From an uncultured archaeon (GTDB taxonomy: Archaea > EX4484-52 > JAADEF01), in assembly GCA_964407715.1 (NCBI GenBank), contig CAYOWP010000005.1:12780-76779 (forward strand): 64,000 bases of DNA, in the 5' to 3' direction. Shown here one piece after another: positions 49,177 to 58,560 of the stretch. The notes below the pieces were generated by a model. It saw only the letters and a list, made by a program, of their open reading frames with translations, was not told the DNA's origin and searched no databases. The position numbers and the translations under genes are program-made. Positions within the stretch are counted from its first letter, which is position 1. Every line of letters begins with the position of its first letter.

Positions 49177-49845
49177 TCAATCACATTTACTATAATTGCA
49201 TTCGGGATTGATACATACAAAACAGCCATTCTCAACTTTTAGAGTTTTCATGTTGCATTCAGGGCATATCTTTAAATTCAACATCTCCTCTTCACTAAGA
49301 TTCACATTTTCTGTGATAGAGCTCATGAGAGATGGAGATGCGAATTTTATTAACGACATGTCATGTTCCTTTTTAATGAGACCTATTTCTTCAAAGAACC
49401 TCTCTATCACATCTGCAATTTCTGCATAGATGCTATGGATATATTTTCCATCTTTGAAGTATCCTCCATTTGGATCATGCACGCTTTTGAGTTCTTCCAA
49501 GATGAACACTGGATTAGAAGTCTTTCTAAAGATTGCAGAGATTAACCTGGTAAGCACTGTAAACTCAGCAGCTTTACTTAGATCCTTACTATTGATGAAT
49601 ATCTCATAAGGTCTCCTTTTCCCATCCACTTCTACATATCCTATTGTGATAAAAATGCTATGCTTAACAAATCTGCTTTTAAGTTTATATACCTTTGCAT
49701 CAATAACATCAGGCCTCTCGAAGCTTTTCTCATGCAATTTTTTATCCTCTATACTATGTTGCATCTTCTCATGAGGAACATCTTTATTCTCCTGCTTTTC
49801 TTTTACCTCTAATATTTCCCCTACTCTTATGACCATATTCCTCAC
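49177..49845 (-). CDS. NrdJb-like C-terminal subunit of class II RNR (TSCPD domain plus zinc ribbon)
   Basis: RPDVIDAKVYK, PYEIFIN, CPEC...ENGC..C..C.YSKC. Confidence 0.85.
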   Translation of the reverse strand: MRNMVIRVGEILEVKEKQENKDVPHEKMQHSIEDKKLHEKSFERPDVIDAKVYKLKSRFVKHSIFITIGYVEVDGKRRPYEIFINSKDLSKAAEFTVLTRLISAIFRKTSNPVFILEELKSVHDPNGGYFKDGKYIHSIYAEIADVIERFFEEIGLIKKEHDMSLIKFASPSLMSSITENVNLSEEEMLNLKICPECNMKTLKVENGCFVCINPECNYSKCD

Positions 49846-49860
49846 CTCTTTATCTCGCTC

Positions 49861-52377
49861 TTAATTCAATTTTATTAGTCCTTTTTTATAAGCATGATAA
49901 ATTGTATAAAGTTTTCCATCCAACACTATGATGTCATCTCCTTTAACCTCCATTTCATTACCATCTTTTGTTATTATCTTGAATTTCTTATTCTTAAATT
50001 TTTGAAACTCTGTAGTTTTACCTTCAACACTCAATATAGGAAATCTACTTCCATCTCTATAGATTGTAACTCCTTTTAATCCCATTTTCCATGCATAGAG
50101 ATATAAGTTGCTTAGTAACTCTGGTTCAATATCTTCAGGTAAATTGATGGTTGAAGAAATGCTATGATCCACGTATTTTTGTGCTATTGCCTGAATCTCA
50201 ATTCTTTTGAATGGATCTATATTATGCGCAGTCCTAAAGAAATGTTCAGGCAAAATTTTTCTTAATTCTTCTTCATTCTTGCTTTCCTGAATCTCATCAT
50301 TTAATCCATACATATCAATATATGCTTGCACCGTTGAATGAAATATCCTAAAGAACTTATTGCCAACAGATTCTGTCCTTCTGGTGTAATATAAGGCAAA
50401 TATTGGCTCGATGCCACCGCTTACACCGATATAATGTTTTCCATTATATTTAAAGCCTAGTACGATATTTGAGATTGTCCCTGTAGGTGCTATAGAAAGC
50501 AATGCCGAATTTCTCAAACCATGTTTCTTTATCTCCTTTCTCACATGCTCATCCAGCACTTCATTAAAGAAAGGATTTTTAGAATATTTTTCATAATCAA
50601 ATATCTCAACTTTTCCTTTTTCCTTTGCCAATTTTGCAGAGGTTAGATATGCTTCATTGGCAATAGTTTTCATAACTTTTTCAAATGTTTTCATTCCTTC
50701 ATCACTGTCATATCCATATCCTAATTGGTTAAGCATATCTGCAATACCTACTACTCCCAATCCAATTCTTCGAGTTATCTTGGCAGTGTCTCTTTGCTTT
50801 TTCAAAGGATTCATAAAGGAATTCCATGTTGTTATGTTATCCAAAAATCTTACAGCGATGTTTATAGTATATTTAAGCAAGTCAAAATCTATTGAGGCAT
50901 TTGGCTTATATCCATTTCTAACAAACCTTGATAGGTTAATGGATCCAAGATTGCATGCTCCTCCATCCTCCAATGGTACCTCACCACATGGATTTGTAGT
51001 TACAATCTTTCTTCCTATGTAATCTGAGGGGGAATACTTTGTCATTTTATTCCAAAATATCAATCCAGGTTCTGCGGTTTTATAATTGCTCTCTATGAAC
51101 TCATCCCAAATATCCCTTGCTTTGACTAATCTTCTTATCTCACCTGTTTGCTCAGATGAGAAGTATAATAAGAAATCTCCTGAGTATCTTATCGCTAAAT
51201 CATAATCATTATTATTTAAAGGTATTACTAAGTCACCAAATACATCCCTTTTATTTATATCATCTAACTCATCTTTTGTTATTGTTTTATTATATTCTGC
51301 TCTCAAAAACGTATTTAACTCATGTAGATTCTCAAATACCCCTATTAACTCATACTCATCTATATTTTTGGATGGGATTCCATAAGAATAGTGCACATCT
51401 TTTATATTATCCACTCTCATAATTATCTTTTTATTTTTCTTTTTATAAACTAAGATTTTATCTCTGCCAAAGGTATTCTCTTCCTCAACCGCTTTTAAGA
51501 ACTCATCGCTGGCTTTGATACTTATGTTGGCAAATCTTATTTGCGTGTTTTCCATAACCGCTTTTCTTATCATTTCAAGAAGTTTCTCATCTTTAACACC
51601 TGCTTCCCATTGAATTTGGTTAACAATCTGGTTTGTAACCCAATTTGGGATTCTTTTTGAATTTATGAAATCCAAGATATCAGGATGCTTTACATCCAAG
51701 GTTATCATTAAAGCACCTCTCCTACCATGTTGTCCTATAAGACCTGTGGTAAGAGAATAGAGATCCATGAAACTTACAGCTCCTGTTGATTTGTTTGCGG
51801 CATTATGCACTATAGAGTCTTTGGGTCTTAAAACAGAGATATCTATTCCTATCCCTCCACCATAAGAATATGTCCTTGCAGCTTCATATGCTGCGGTATA
51901 GATACCTTCTATGCTATCATCCTCAATAAGAGTGACAAAGCAATTTGCTAAGGTTTTTAATCTATAAAGATCACCAGCCCCTGCTATTACCCTTCCTCCT
52001 GGAATAAATCTTCCCTCATATATCTCAACATAGAATTTTTTTGCATACTCTTTTGCTTTTTCATAATCTTCCTCAACAGCAGCCACAAACGAGGCAATTC
52101 TTATGAATACCTCTTCGGGTCTTGTTTCTATTAATTTTCCTTCCTTATTTCTTAAATAATACTTTTTTTCATAGATACTCTTCGCAAGCTCATTATCTCC
52201 AAGATAATTTTCGTGTTGGGGTAATTCTCCGCTAATAAAGAGTTCATATAAGTATCTATATAACTTCTTATATCTTTCCAAATATTTTTTGTTGATTACC
52301 TTAGATAACTTTCCTTCATATTCAAACATCTTTTCAATTTCCTCAGGAATTGATATCATTTTTTCTCGCTGAGACAT
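49861..52377 (-). CDS. nrdJ: Class II (B12-dependent) ribonucleotide reductase, catalytic subunit
   Basis: LANCF, RRGA, TNPCGEVPL, CNLGSINL, IAPTGT, GIEP, KGVTIYRDGSR. Confidence 0.95.
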   Translation of the reverse strand: MSQREKMISIPEEIEKMFEYEGKLSKVINKKYLERYKKLYRYLYELFISGELPQHENYLGDNELAKSIYEKKYYLRNKEGKLIETRPEEVFIRIASFVAAVEEDYEKAKEYAKKFYVEIYEGRFIPGGRVIAGAGDLYRLKTLANCFVTLIEDDSIEGIYTAAYEAARTYSYGGGIGIDISVLRPKDSIVHNAANKSTGAVSFMDLYSLTTGLIGQHGRRGALMITLDVKHPDILDFINSKRIPNWVTNQIVNQIQWEAGVKDEKLLEMIRKAVMENTQIRFANISIKASDEFLKAVEEENTFGRDKILVYKKKNKKIIMRVDNIKDVHYSYGIPSKNIDEYELIGVFENLHELNTFLRAEYNKTITKDELDDINKRDVFGDLVIPLNNNDYDLAIRYSGDFLLYFSSEQTGEIRRLVKARDIWDEFIESNYKTAEPGLIFWNKMTKYSPSDYIGRKIVTTNPCGEVPLEDGGACNLGSINLSRFVRNGYKPNASIDFDLLKYTINIAVRFLDNITTWNSFMNPLKKQRDTAKITRRIGLGVVGIADMLNQLGYGYDSDEGMKTFEKVMKTIANEAYLTSAKLAKEKGKVEIFDYEKYSKNPFFNEVLDEHVRKEIKKHGLRNSALLSIAPTGTISNIVLGFKYNGKHYIGVSGGIEPIFALYYTRRTESVGNKFFRIFHSTVQAYIDMYGLNDEIQESKNEEELRKILPEHFFRTAHNIDPFKRIEIQAIAQKYVDHSISSTINLPEDIEPELLSNLYLYAWKMGLKGVTIYRDGSRFPILSVEGKTTEFQKFKNKKFKIITKDGNEMEVKGDDIIVLDGKLYTIYHAYKKGLIKLN

Positions 52378-52518
52378 TATCTATCACCCCTTTCGCTCGA
52401 GTTTAATTACAAGATGGTAATATATAATAACACAACATATTGTGCAAAAACAATTTAATACATCAATATATTGTTATTTCATCATTTAAATATTTTTCTT
52501 TCTAAAAAAATATATATT

Positions 52519-53058
52519 TTAATCGTTATTTTCCTCCAAATACTTCTCATATGGCATTTCTTTGATTTCTTCTATTGTGTTTAAGTATCTATAAAGAACA
52601 AATAAAAGGTCAGATAATCGATTAATATAAGTTATTATCTCTCCCTGAATGGGTTTTTCTTTTGAGAGAGTGATAAGTCTTCGTTCTGCTCTTCTACATA
52701 CTACTCTTGAGATATTAATGATGGCTGCACTTTCGCTTGATATTTCAATCAAGAAGGTATTGATTGGTTTAAGTATCTTATTATACTTATTTATTCTTTG
52801 TTCTAACCATTCAATTGTTTTTTTAGAAATCTTACCGCTATACTTAGAAATTTCTGGTATGAGATTATGAATATCATTCATAATTTTGAGAATGTCCTTT
52901 TTTACTCTTTCATCTTGTATCTTTGAATATGCATATCCTAAATAAGCCAAAAGCTCATCTAAAGTGCCATATACTTCTATCTCAATATTGTCTTTGTATA
53001 CTCTCTTACCACTCACTAATGATGTCTGCCCCTCATCCCCTGTCCCAGTAGAAATCAT
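52519..53058 (-). CDS. pduO: Cob(I)alamin adenosyltransferase (PduO-type)
   Basis: TGTGDEGQTSL, YGTLDEL, RVVCRRAER, YINRLSDLLF. Confidence 0.93.
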   Translation of the reverse strand: MISTGTGDEGQTSLVSGKRVYKDNIEIEVYGTLDELLAYLGYAYSKIQDERVKKDILKIMNDIHNLIPEISKYSGKISKKTIEWLEQRINKYNKILKPINTFLIEISSESAAIINISRVVCRRAERRLITLSKEKPIQGEIITYINRLSDLLFVLYRYLNTIEEIKEMPYEKYLEENND

Positions 53059-53140
53059 AAAGAATAATTAGAAAATCTTTATCTTTTAAAATGTTTCTAC
53101 TCGATCCTTTCCGAGAGAACGGCTTGATTAAATAAAAAAT

Positions 53141-53640
53141 GGTTAACGGGAAGCATACCTTCACGATGAGCCACATTAGAGCAGCTAACCCTCACGATAG
53201 CGTTTGTAAAACAGCTAACCCTTTGATGAGGTTACCATGCTGGGATGTGCTTAGTAAAGCGATTTCCTCCCGTTAACCAATCATAAAAAGAATAATAATG
53301 GTTAAAGGGAAACCTAACCAATTAATAAAGCACATCAGAGCAGCTAACCTTTCTAAGCGTTTTGGAAGCAGCTAACCTTTAAAAAAAAGGTTACCATACT
53401 GCAAACCTTTTGTATTAGCGATTTCTTCCCGTTAACCATTTTTTAAATAAAAAATTTGGTTAAGGGGAAGCATACTTTATTCATAGCACATCAGAGCAGC
53501 TAACCTTTCTAAGCGTTTGTAAAGCAGCTAACTTTTAGAAAAGGTTACCATGCCGCGAGACCTTGGTGATAGCGATAATCTCCATTTACCCAGTTAACAA
53601 AACACATAACATTCATGAGCGTTTTGCAGAAGCTAACATC
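53141..53640 (+). repeat. Tandem array 4 of hairpin units (3 long-class units plus a partial one)
   Basis: Units 53141-53278, 53300-53437 and 53458-about 53590, each with the extra GCAGCTAACC module. Confidence 0.92.
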
Positions 53641-53641
53641 T

Positions 53642-54403
53642 TTACTTTCTCTTGTTCTTTCGAGGGGTTTTTCTTTTTGGAGGAGGTTGAGAGAATTTAT
53701 CGTGTAATATCACACCTGCGTAGATGAATGGAGTGTCCAATAATGCTATGATGATTTTCATGAGATATTGTGTTAGGATCATGTTATACACTACATTTAT
53801 TGGTAGAACACCATAAAAGCTTATAGAAATAAACAGTACAGTATCTATAAACTGTGCCAGCATTGTAGAGAGGTTATTCCTTAACCATAAAAATTTGCCT
53901 TTTGTCTTTTCCTTTAACATATGAAACATAAACACATTGAATGTCTGCGAAATTATAAAAGCTATCAAAGACCCAAGAATGATTCGAGATGTCAAACTAA
54001 ACATCTTAGCAAAGTTTTCGTGCATCTTGATTCCTTCATCAGAGGATAAAGGGGGAGATATGATTGCAAGATATATCATCACAACAAACATTATGTTCAT
54101 AAGGAATCCTGCATATACGCCGTGTTGAGCATATCTTTTTCCGTATTTCTCTGAGAGAATATCTCCAATCAAGAATATCATGGAATATGCAACTACACCA
54201 GCAGGTACAACAAAATATCCTATCTGGATAATCTTATACGCTAAAACATTCGCTAAGATTATATAGCTCGCGATACCAGAAATCAGAAATGAAGGGGTAT
54301 TAAATCTTGCAGAGAGATAAGTGAAAAGAAGAACATTTAACCCAATGGCTCCAATCCAGGAAATCAAGAAGATAACAAGATTATTTAATTCCATATCAAT
54401 CAC
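53642..54403 (-). CDS. Queuosine-precursor transporter (YhhQ/DUF165, VUT family)
   Basis: ANVLAYK, DILSEKYG, RIILGSLIAF..SQ, LWLRNNLST..Q.IDT. Confidence 0.9.
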   Translation of the reverse strand: MIDMELNNLVIFLISWIGAIGLNVLLFTYLSARFNTPSFLISGIASYIILANVLAYKIIQIGYFVVPAGVVAYSMIFLIGDILSEKYGKRYAQHGVYAGFLMNIMFVVMIYLAIISPPLSSDEGIKMHENFAKMFSLTSRIILGSLIAFIISQTFNVFMFHMLKEKTKGKFLWLRNNLSTMLAQFIDTVLFISISFYGVLPINVVYNMILTQYLMKIIIALLDTPFIYAGVILHDKFSQPPPKRKTPRKNKRK

Positions 54404-54420
54404 AGATTATCCTTATATTT

Positions 54421-54843
54421 TTACTTTTTCTCTGTGCTTTCCTTTTCCTCTTTATCTTTCTTCTCTTCCTCTGATTTCTCTTTGCCTTTTTCCTCTTTTT
54501 CCTCAATCTTTTCTTCTGATTTCTTCTCCTCTTTTGAAATTCTCATATAATCATCATAATCATATATAAGAACCCTTCCCTCAGATGTTTTTCTCATTAC
54601 AACTCTAATCTTTCTGGGAGGATTAGCATTACCCCTAGCCCATATCTTTCTATTTAGCACAGGATGAATATACACCTCCTCTTTATCGACTTTCATATGC
54701 CTTGATGCAAATTCCCTCAGTATTCTTATAGCTCTCTTTGTTCTTTTGTGATATGCTGAATTCCAAGCCCCTCTCAAAGGAACTATATATGTTCTTTCCA
54801 AAACTATGCTTTCATTATCTTTTAATTGCAATTGATTCTGCAT
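54421..54843 (-). CDS. rpl31e: 50S ribosomal protein L31e with a charged C-terminal tail
   Basis: ERTYIVPLR, RTKRAI, IWARG..NPPRKIRV. Confidence 0.95.
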   Translation of the reverse strand: MQNQLQLKDNESIVLERTYIVPLRGAWNSAYHKRTKRAIRILREFASRHMKVDKEEVYIHPVLNRKIWARGNANPPRKIRVVMRKTSEGRVLIYDYDDYMRISKEEKKSEEKIEEKEEKGKEKSEEEKKDKEEKESTEKK

Positions 54844-54865
54844 CTTATATCACCCTCACAATTCC

Positions 54866-55051
54866 TTAAATCTTCTTGTACTTATTCTTTCTCCAATGTT
54901 TTGATCTAAATCTCTTAATGCTCCTATATAGAGCTTTACCTAATCCGAAAATCTTCAAATCAATCCATCTTGGAGCAGGAGAGTGAACACGATAAAGCTT
55001 GGCTCTTTTTATCTTATTGCCTAAACTTTTAGATATAGATTTCCTTGCCAT
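54866..55051 (-). CDS. rpl39e: 50S ribosomal protein L39e (divergent)
   Basis: MARK...K..R...APRW...R..HWR; conserved operon position. Confidence 0.85.
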   Translation of the reverse strand: MARKSISKSLGNKIKRAKLYRVHSPAPRWIDLKIFGLGKALYRSIKRFRSKHWRKNKYKKI

Positions 55052-55063
55052 AAGTATTCACCA

Positions 55064-55399
55064 TCATTTCCTTATGATTTTTGTCTCCCTTTCCTTAGGT
55101 AATAATGACATCAAAAACTTTTTCATTTTGGAATCATCTATTGTGCCTTTCAATCTACCTGCGGATTTCATCTGAAATAAAAGAAATACTGCTCTTGCAT
55201 ACAGCTCAGGATTCACTATCCTTACGTTCATCAACCTCTCATATGCTTTCTCATCCAGATTTTCTCTGATAAGCATAAGATATTTATTTACAAGGCTTAT
55301 AATATCTCTTTCTTGAGTTAAATCCTGTAAGTTATTTTGTTGATGTGCTCTGCGCATTAACTCAAGGAGTTTTTTCTTTTTTATCTCTTCAATATCCAT
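55064..55399 (-). CDS. PDCD5/Tfar19-like DNA-binding protein
   Basis: IEEIKKKKL, AYERLMNVRIVNPE, RETKIIRK. Confidence 0.9.
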   Translation of the reverse strand: MDIEEIKKKKLLELMRRAHQQNNLQDLTQERDIISLVNKYLMLIRENLDEKAYERLMNVRIVNPELYARAVFLLFQMKSAGRLKGTIDDSKMKKFLMSLLPKERETKIIRK

Positions 55400-55418
55400 A
55401 TTTTCCCCTTATAATGCT

Positions 55419-55859
55419 TCAAGCTTTTACCTGTGATTCATAAATCTCCTTTGCTAATTTATCTAATAATGATCTTCCTTTTGATGTCAACCTCCTCCCT
55501 TCTGGCACTTTCTCAGCATAACCTGCCTTCTCTAATTGTTGAAGAATCTTACGGATTATATTTCCGCTCCCTGGATAGAATTTCTCTGGTTCATAACCTC
55601 TGTTTTTTCTTCCACCATATTTCCTTCTTAATCTCGATACGCCATAAGGTCTAAAATAAAGTTTTCTCATCACTGCTGCTGCTCTTATATACCACCAATC
55701 TTTATTCTCTGGAACTCTCTCTTTATGTACACCAGTTTTTACAAACATAGCCCATTTAGGTGGCTGGATATTCTCATTTTCCTTTAGGATCTTGGCTAAC
55801 CTTTCTATAAAAACATTAGGATCAATATCTGCAACGCTTACCATACAATCCCCTTTCAA
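55419..55859 (-). CDS. rps19e: 30S ribosomal protein S19e
   Basis: PPKWA.FVKTG..KER.P, WWYIRAAA. Confidence 0.97.
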   Translation of the reverse strand: MKGDCMVSVADIDPNVFIERLAKILKENENIQPPKWAMFVKTGVHKERVPENKDWWYIRAAAVMRKLYFRPYGVSRLRRKYGGRKNRGYEPEKFYPGSGNIIRKILQQLEKAGYAEKVPEGRRLTSKGRSLLDKLAKEIYESQVKA

Positions 55860-55935
55860 TCGTTTGATATATTCTCAAAAGTTTTTAATTCACATAATTT
55901 TAAAAAAGTGATAGATTTTTGATTATTCGCAATCT

Positions 55936-56361
55936 TTACACATCTATGATTATCCTTGCAAAATATTTATCATTTTCTTTTTTTACAACTATGTTATGAT
56001 ATGTGGCAGCCTTTACACCTGCTCCTAAGATTTTGTGGCGTGTGCTATCAAACACATCATAGCTCATTTTACTTTTAAGAGAGATTTTATCCTGATTCTC
56101 TTCAATGGCGAATTCCTTAAAATCTATAAAAATTATTTTTTTAACCTCGAAGAGGTAGATTATTTCATTTAGAGTCTCTACTAATATCTCCTCTAAATCT
56201 TTCCCTTCGATGATAAGTTCCTCTTCTCCTTTCTTTTTTAAGATTTTTAAGTCCAAAAAGATGCTGTATAGAGCAGATATAGCATCCTTGAATAACTCCT
56301 GCAAATTTTCTCCTTTCACCTCGATGCCTATATCTCCTGTGTGATCTATCAATCTATACAT
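55936..56361 (-). CDS. Archease
   Basis: IDHTGDIG, VKAATYH, IIDV. Confidence 0.95.
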   Translation of the reverse strand: MYRLIDHTGDIGIEVKGENLQELFKDAISALYSIFLDLKILKKKGEEELIIEGKDLEEILVETLNEIIYLFEVKKIIFIDFKEFAIEENQDKISLKSKMSYDVFDSTRHKILGAGVKAATYHNIVVKKENDKYFARIIIDV

Positions 56362-56420
56362 AAAGATAATCTAAACATGAGTTAAGTTTTAAAATATTTG
56401 ACCTCAATAAGAATATTTTT

Positions 56421-57317
56421 ATGTCAGAGATCCAGAAAGGTAGAGATAAAAAAAGAGAAGAGATAATATATGATGCGGTTGGTACTTTAGAAGATTTGAG
56501 GGAAAGAATTCCAAAATTATTTGGGATACCTAGCGGTATTAAAGGATTGGATGAGCTATTCTACACAACTTATATTGATGAGGAAGATAAAAAAATTAAA
56601 AGAAAAACATTGGGAGGTATACCTTATTTATCCGTTATCAATATTACAGGTGTGAGTGATACAGGTAAAAGCTTAATGGTTGAGCAATATGCTGTTAATC
56701 AGGCAGCACATGGTTATAAAGTTGCTTTTGTTACTGTTGAATCCCCTTCACCATTTGTAGGGATGGGATTAAAAGAGAGAGCAAAAGCTATGGGCTTTGA
56801 ATGGGAAAAAATAGAAAACAATATTATCTTGATTGATGCTGCTACCCACGATATCATGAGAGAGGACATTTCAACTTTATTATCAACATTGGAATATGCA
56901 ATCTCTGAGTATAACACAAAATCTGTGGTTATAGATTCTATAACAGGCTTATTTGAGGCTAAGGAAATGATGGCAAGGAGTGTGGTTAGAAAGATCTTCA
57001 ATTTTATGAAAAGATACAAGCAAACAGCATTATTCGTTTCTCAAAAAAGGAGCAGTCATGAAGAGTTAAGTGCAGAGGCAGCAGGAGGGTATGCGATTAG
57101 CCATATTGTTGATTGCTCTATTGTGCTCTCTAAGGAGTTAATAATGAATAGATATCTCTCACAGATGTACAACTCTCCCATAGGTAGTGTTATCAGATTG
57201 TTTAGAATAGATGGTTGTAGAGTGTGTGGTCATGATACTAGAACTCATCTGCTATATATCACCGAGAGCGGATTAGTAGAGATAGGACCAGCATTGGAAG
57301 AGATTATCTCGAGGTGA
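56421..57317 (+). CDS. KaiC-like RecA-superfamily ATPase
   Basis: G.PSGIKGLDEL, TGVSDTGKS, VIDSIT, RIDGCR..GHD. Confidence 0.88.
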   Translation: MSEIQKGRDKKREEIIYDAVGTLEDLRERIPKLFGIPSGIKGLDELFYTTYIDEEDKKIKRKTLGGIPYLSVINITGVSDTGKSLMVEQYAVNQAAHGYKVAFVTVESPSPFVGMGLKERAKAMGFEWEKIENNIILIDAATHDIMREDISTLLSTLEYAISEYNTKSVVIDSITGLFEAKEMMARSVVRKIFNFMKRYKQTALFVSQKRSSHEELSAEAAGGYAISHIVDCSIVLSKELIMNRYLSQMYNSPIGSVIRLFRIDGCRVCGHDTRTHLLYITESGLVEIGPALEEIISR

Positions 57318-57322
57318 TGTGA

Positions 57323-57940
57323 ATGGTGATAGAATTAAAGCCCATAGAAGAAAATCTTGATTCGAAGGCATTGAGAGTATTTCTAAAGGCGATTGAGATT
57401 TTGGGAGGCCCAAGAAAATTGATTGAGTATAGGAACTTAACTTGGCTACCAAGTTTGATGGCAGCAAGTTATGCTATAATATATTACAAGGATAAGAATT
57501 ACTCTGCAGAGACAATCGCCAATATATTAGGCATAAGCACCACTACTGCAAAGAACATTTTAAGAGCTGATGAGACAATAGCAAAGGAAAAAATAGATGC
57601 TTTTCTCAGTAATGAGAAAATGGATGAGAATAAAAAGACACATGTTGCAGGAGCATTAGCAAAGATGGCATATAAAGAGATAATGCAGGGTAGAGATGAA
57701 ATCAATATGATGATGCATTTAGTTGGAGAAACATCAAAGTCCTTGGGGGTTGAGTGGGCAGTTAAGGTCTTGAGTATGTTAAAAGGCACTGATTTTCCTC
57801 TTGATAAAGATGCTTTTCTCAGCAAATTGAGAGGAGTGAGCATAAAAGGAAAAAGAATTGAGGAGATTGTAGAGAGCATGTCTTTTCCGATACACACTCC
57901 TGCAGAGTTGTTGCATGAGATAAAAAAAGCCATGGATTAG
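57323..57940 (+). CDS. KaiC-associated HTH regulatory protein
   Basis: LGGPRKLIEYRNLTWLPSL, HTH, H.AG..AK.AY. Confidence 0.7.
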   Translation: MVIELKPIEENLDSKALRVFLKAIEILGGPRKLIEYRNLTWLPSLMAASYAIIYYKDKNYSAETIANILGISTTTAKNILRADETIAKEKIDAFLSNEKMDENKKTHVAGALAKMAYKEIMQGRDEINMMMHLVGETSKSLGVEWAVKVLSMLKGTDFPLDKDAFLSKLRGVSIKGKRIEEIVESMSFPIHTPAELLHEIKKAMD

Positions 57941-57955
57941 ATTATGAGTAAGTGT

Positions 57956-58444
57956 TCAAGGCACAAAAACAGCAATAGCTACGGTGGTTATCCACATGCC
58001 ATTTTCATTTTTTGCTTTTTGTGTGATGTTTAATGTTTTAGCTTTTATATCTTTTTTTCCGATTTTTGTTTTTAGCATTTCTAAAGCCATTTTTTCTGCA
58101 TATTCTTCCGCGTTTATTATGGATTCGCCTTCTGAATTATATTCAAAGATATAGCCATGCATCTTATTGTCTAAAGGAATAGCGACACCAATAGAGGATG
58201 CTATTTCTTTTCCTTTTATGTTTGTTTGGTTCTTAGCCATAACGCAAAACACGATTTCTCCTGTGTTTAAGCGTTGATTTCCTTCTTCACGTGAGATAAT
58301 TTCGCAACCTGGAGGAATTATGCTTGATACTGGTACAAGGTTGTATCTCTCAATTCCTGCATCTCTTAATGCCAATTCAAATGATACTAATCTATCCTCA
58401 TGACATCCAAGACCCTTTGTAAAAAAAATTTTTGAGGGTATCAT
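57956..58444 (-). CDS. pdaD: Pyruvoyl-dependent arginine decarboxylase
   Basis: SFELALRDAGI..YNLVPVSSIIPP. Confidence 0.93.
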   Translation of the reverse strand: MIPSKIFFTKGLGCHEDRLVSFELALRDAGIERYNLVPVSSIIPPGCEIISREEGNQRLNTGEIVFCVMAKNQTNIKGKEIASSIGVAIPLDNKMHGYIFEYNSEGESIINAEEYAEKMALEMLKTKIGKKDIKAKTLNITQKAKNENGMWITTVAIAVFVP

Positions 58445-58560
58445 AAACTTGAAGGAGATTATTGAAAGGATTTTAAAAAGGTTATGTCTCCAAACTTTTA
58501 ATATCTCGATATGTGAATATAGCGTAAGATTTAAAAAGATATGAGGTTTAAAATATCCTT

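Noticed and set aside
51190-51470. Intein in nrdJ
   Set aside because: No N-terminal C/S block, no HN-C/S/T junction and no LAGLIDADG motif.
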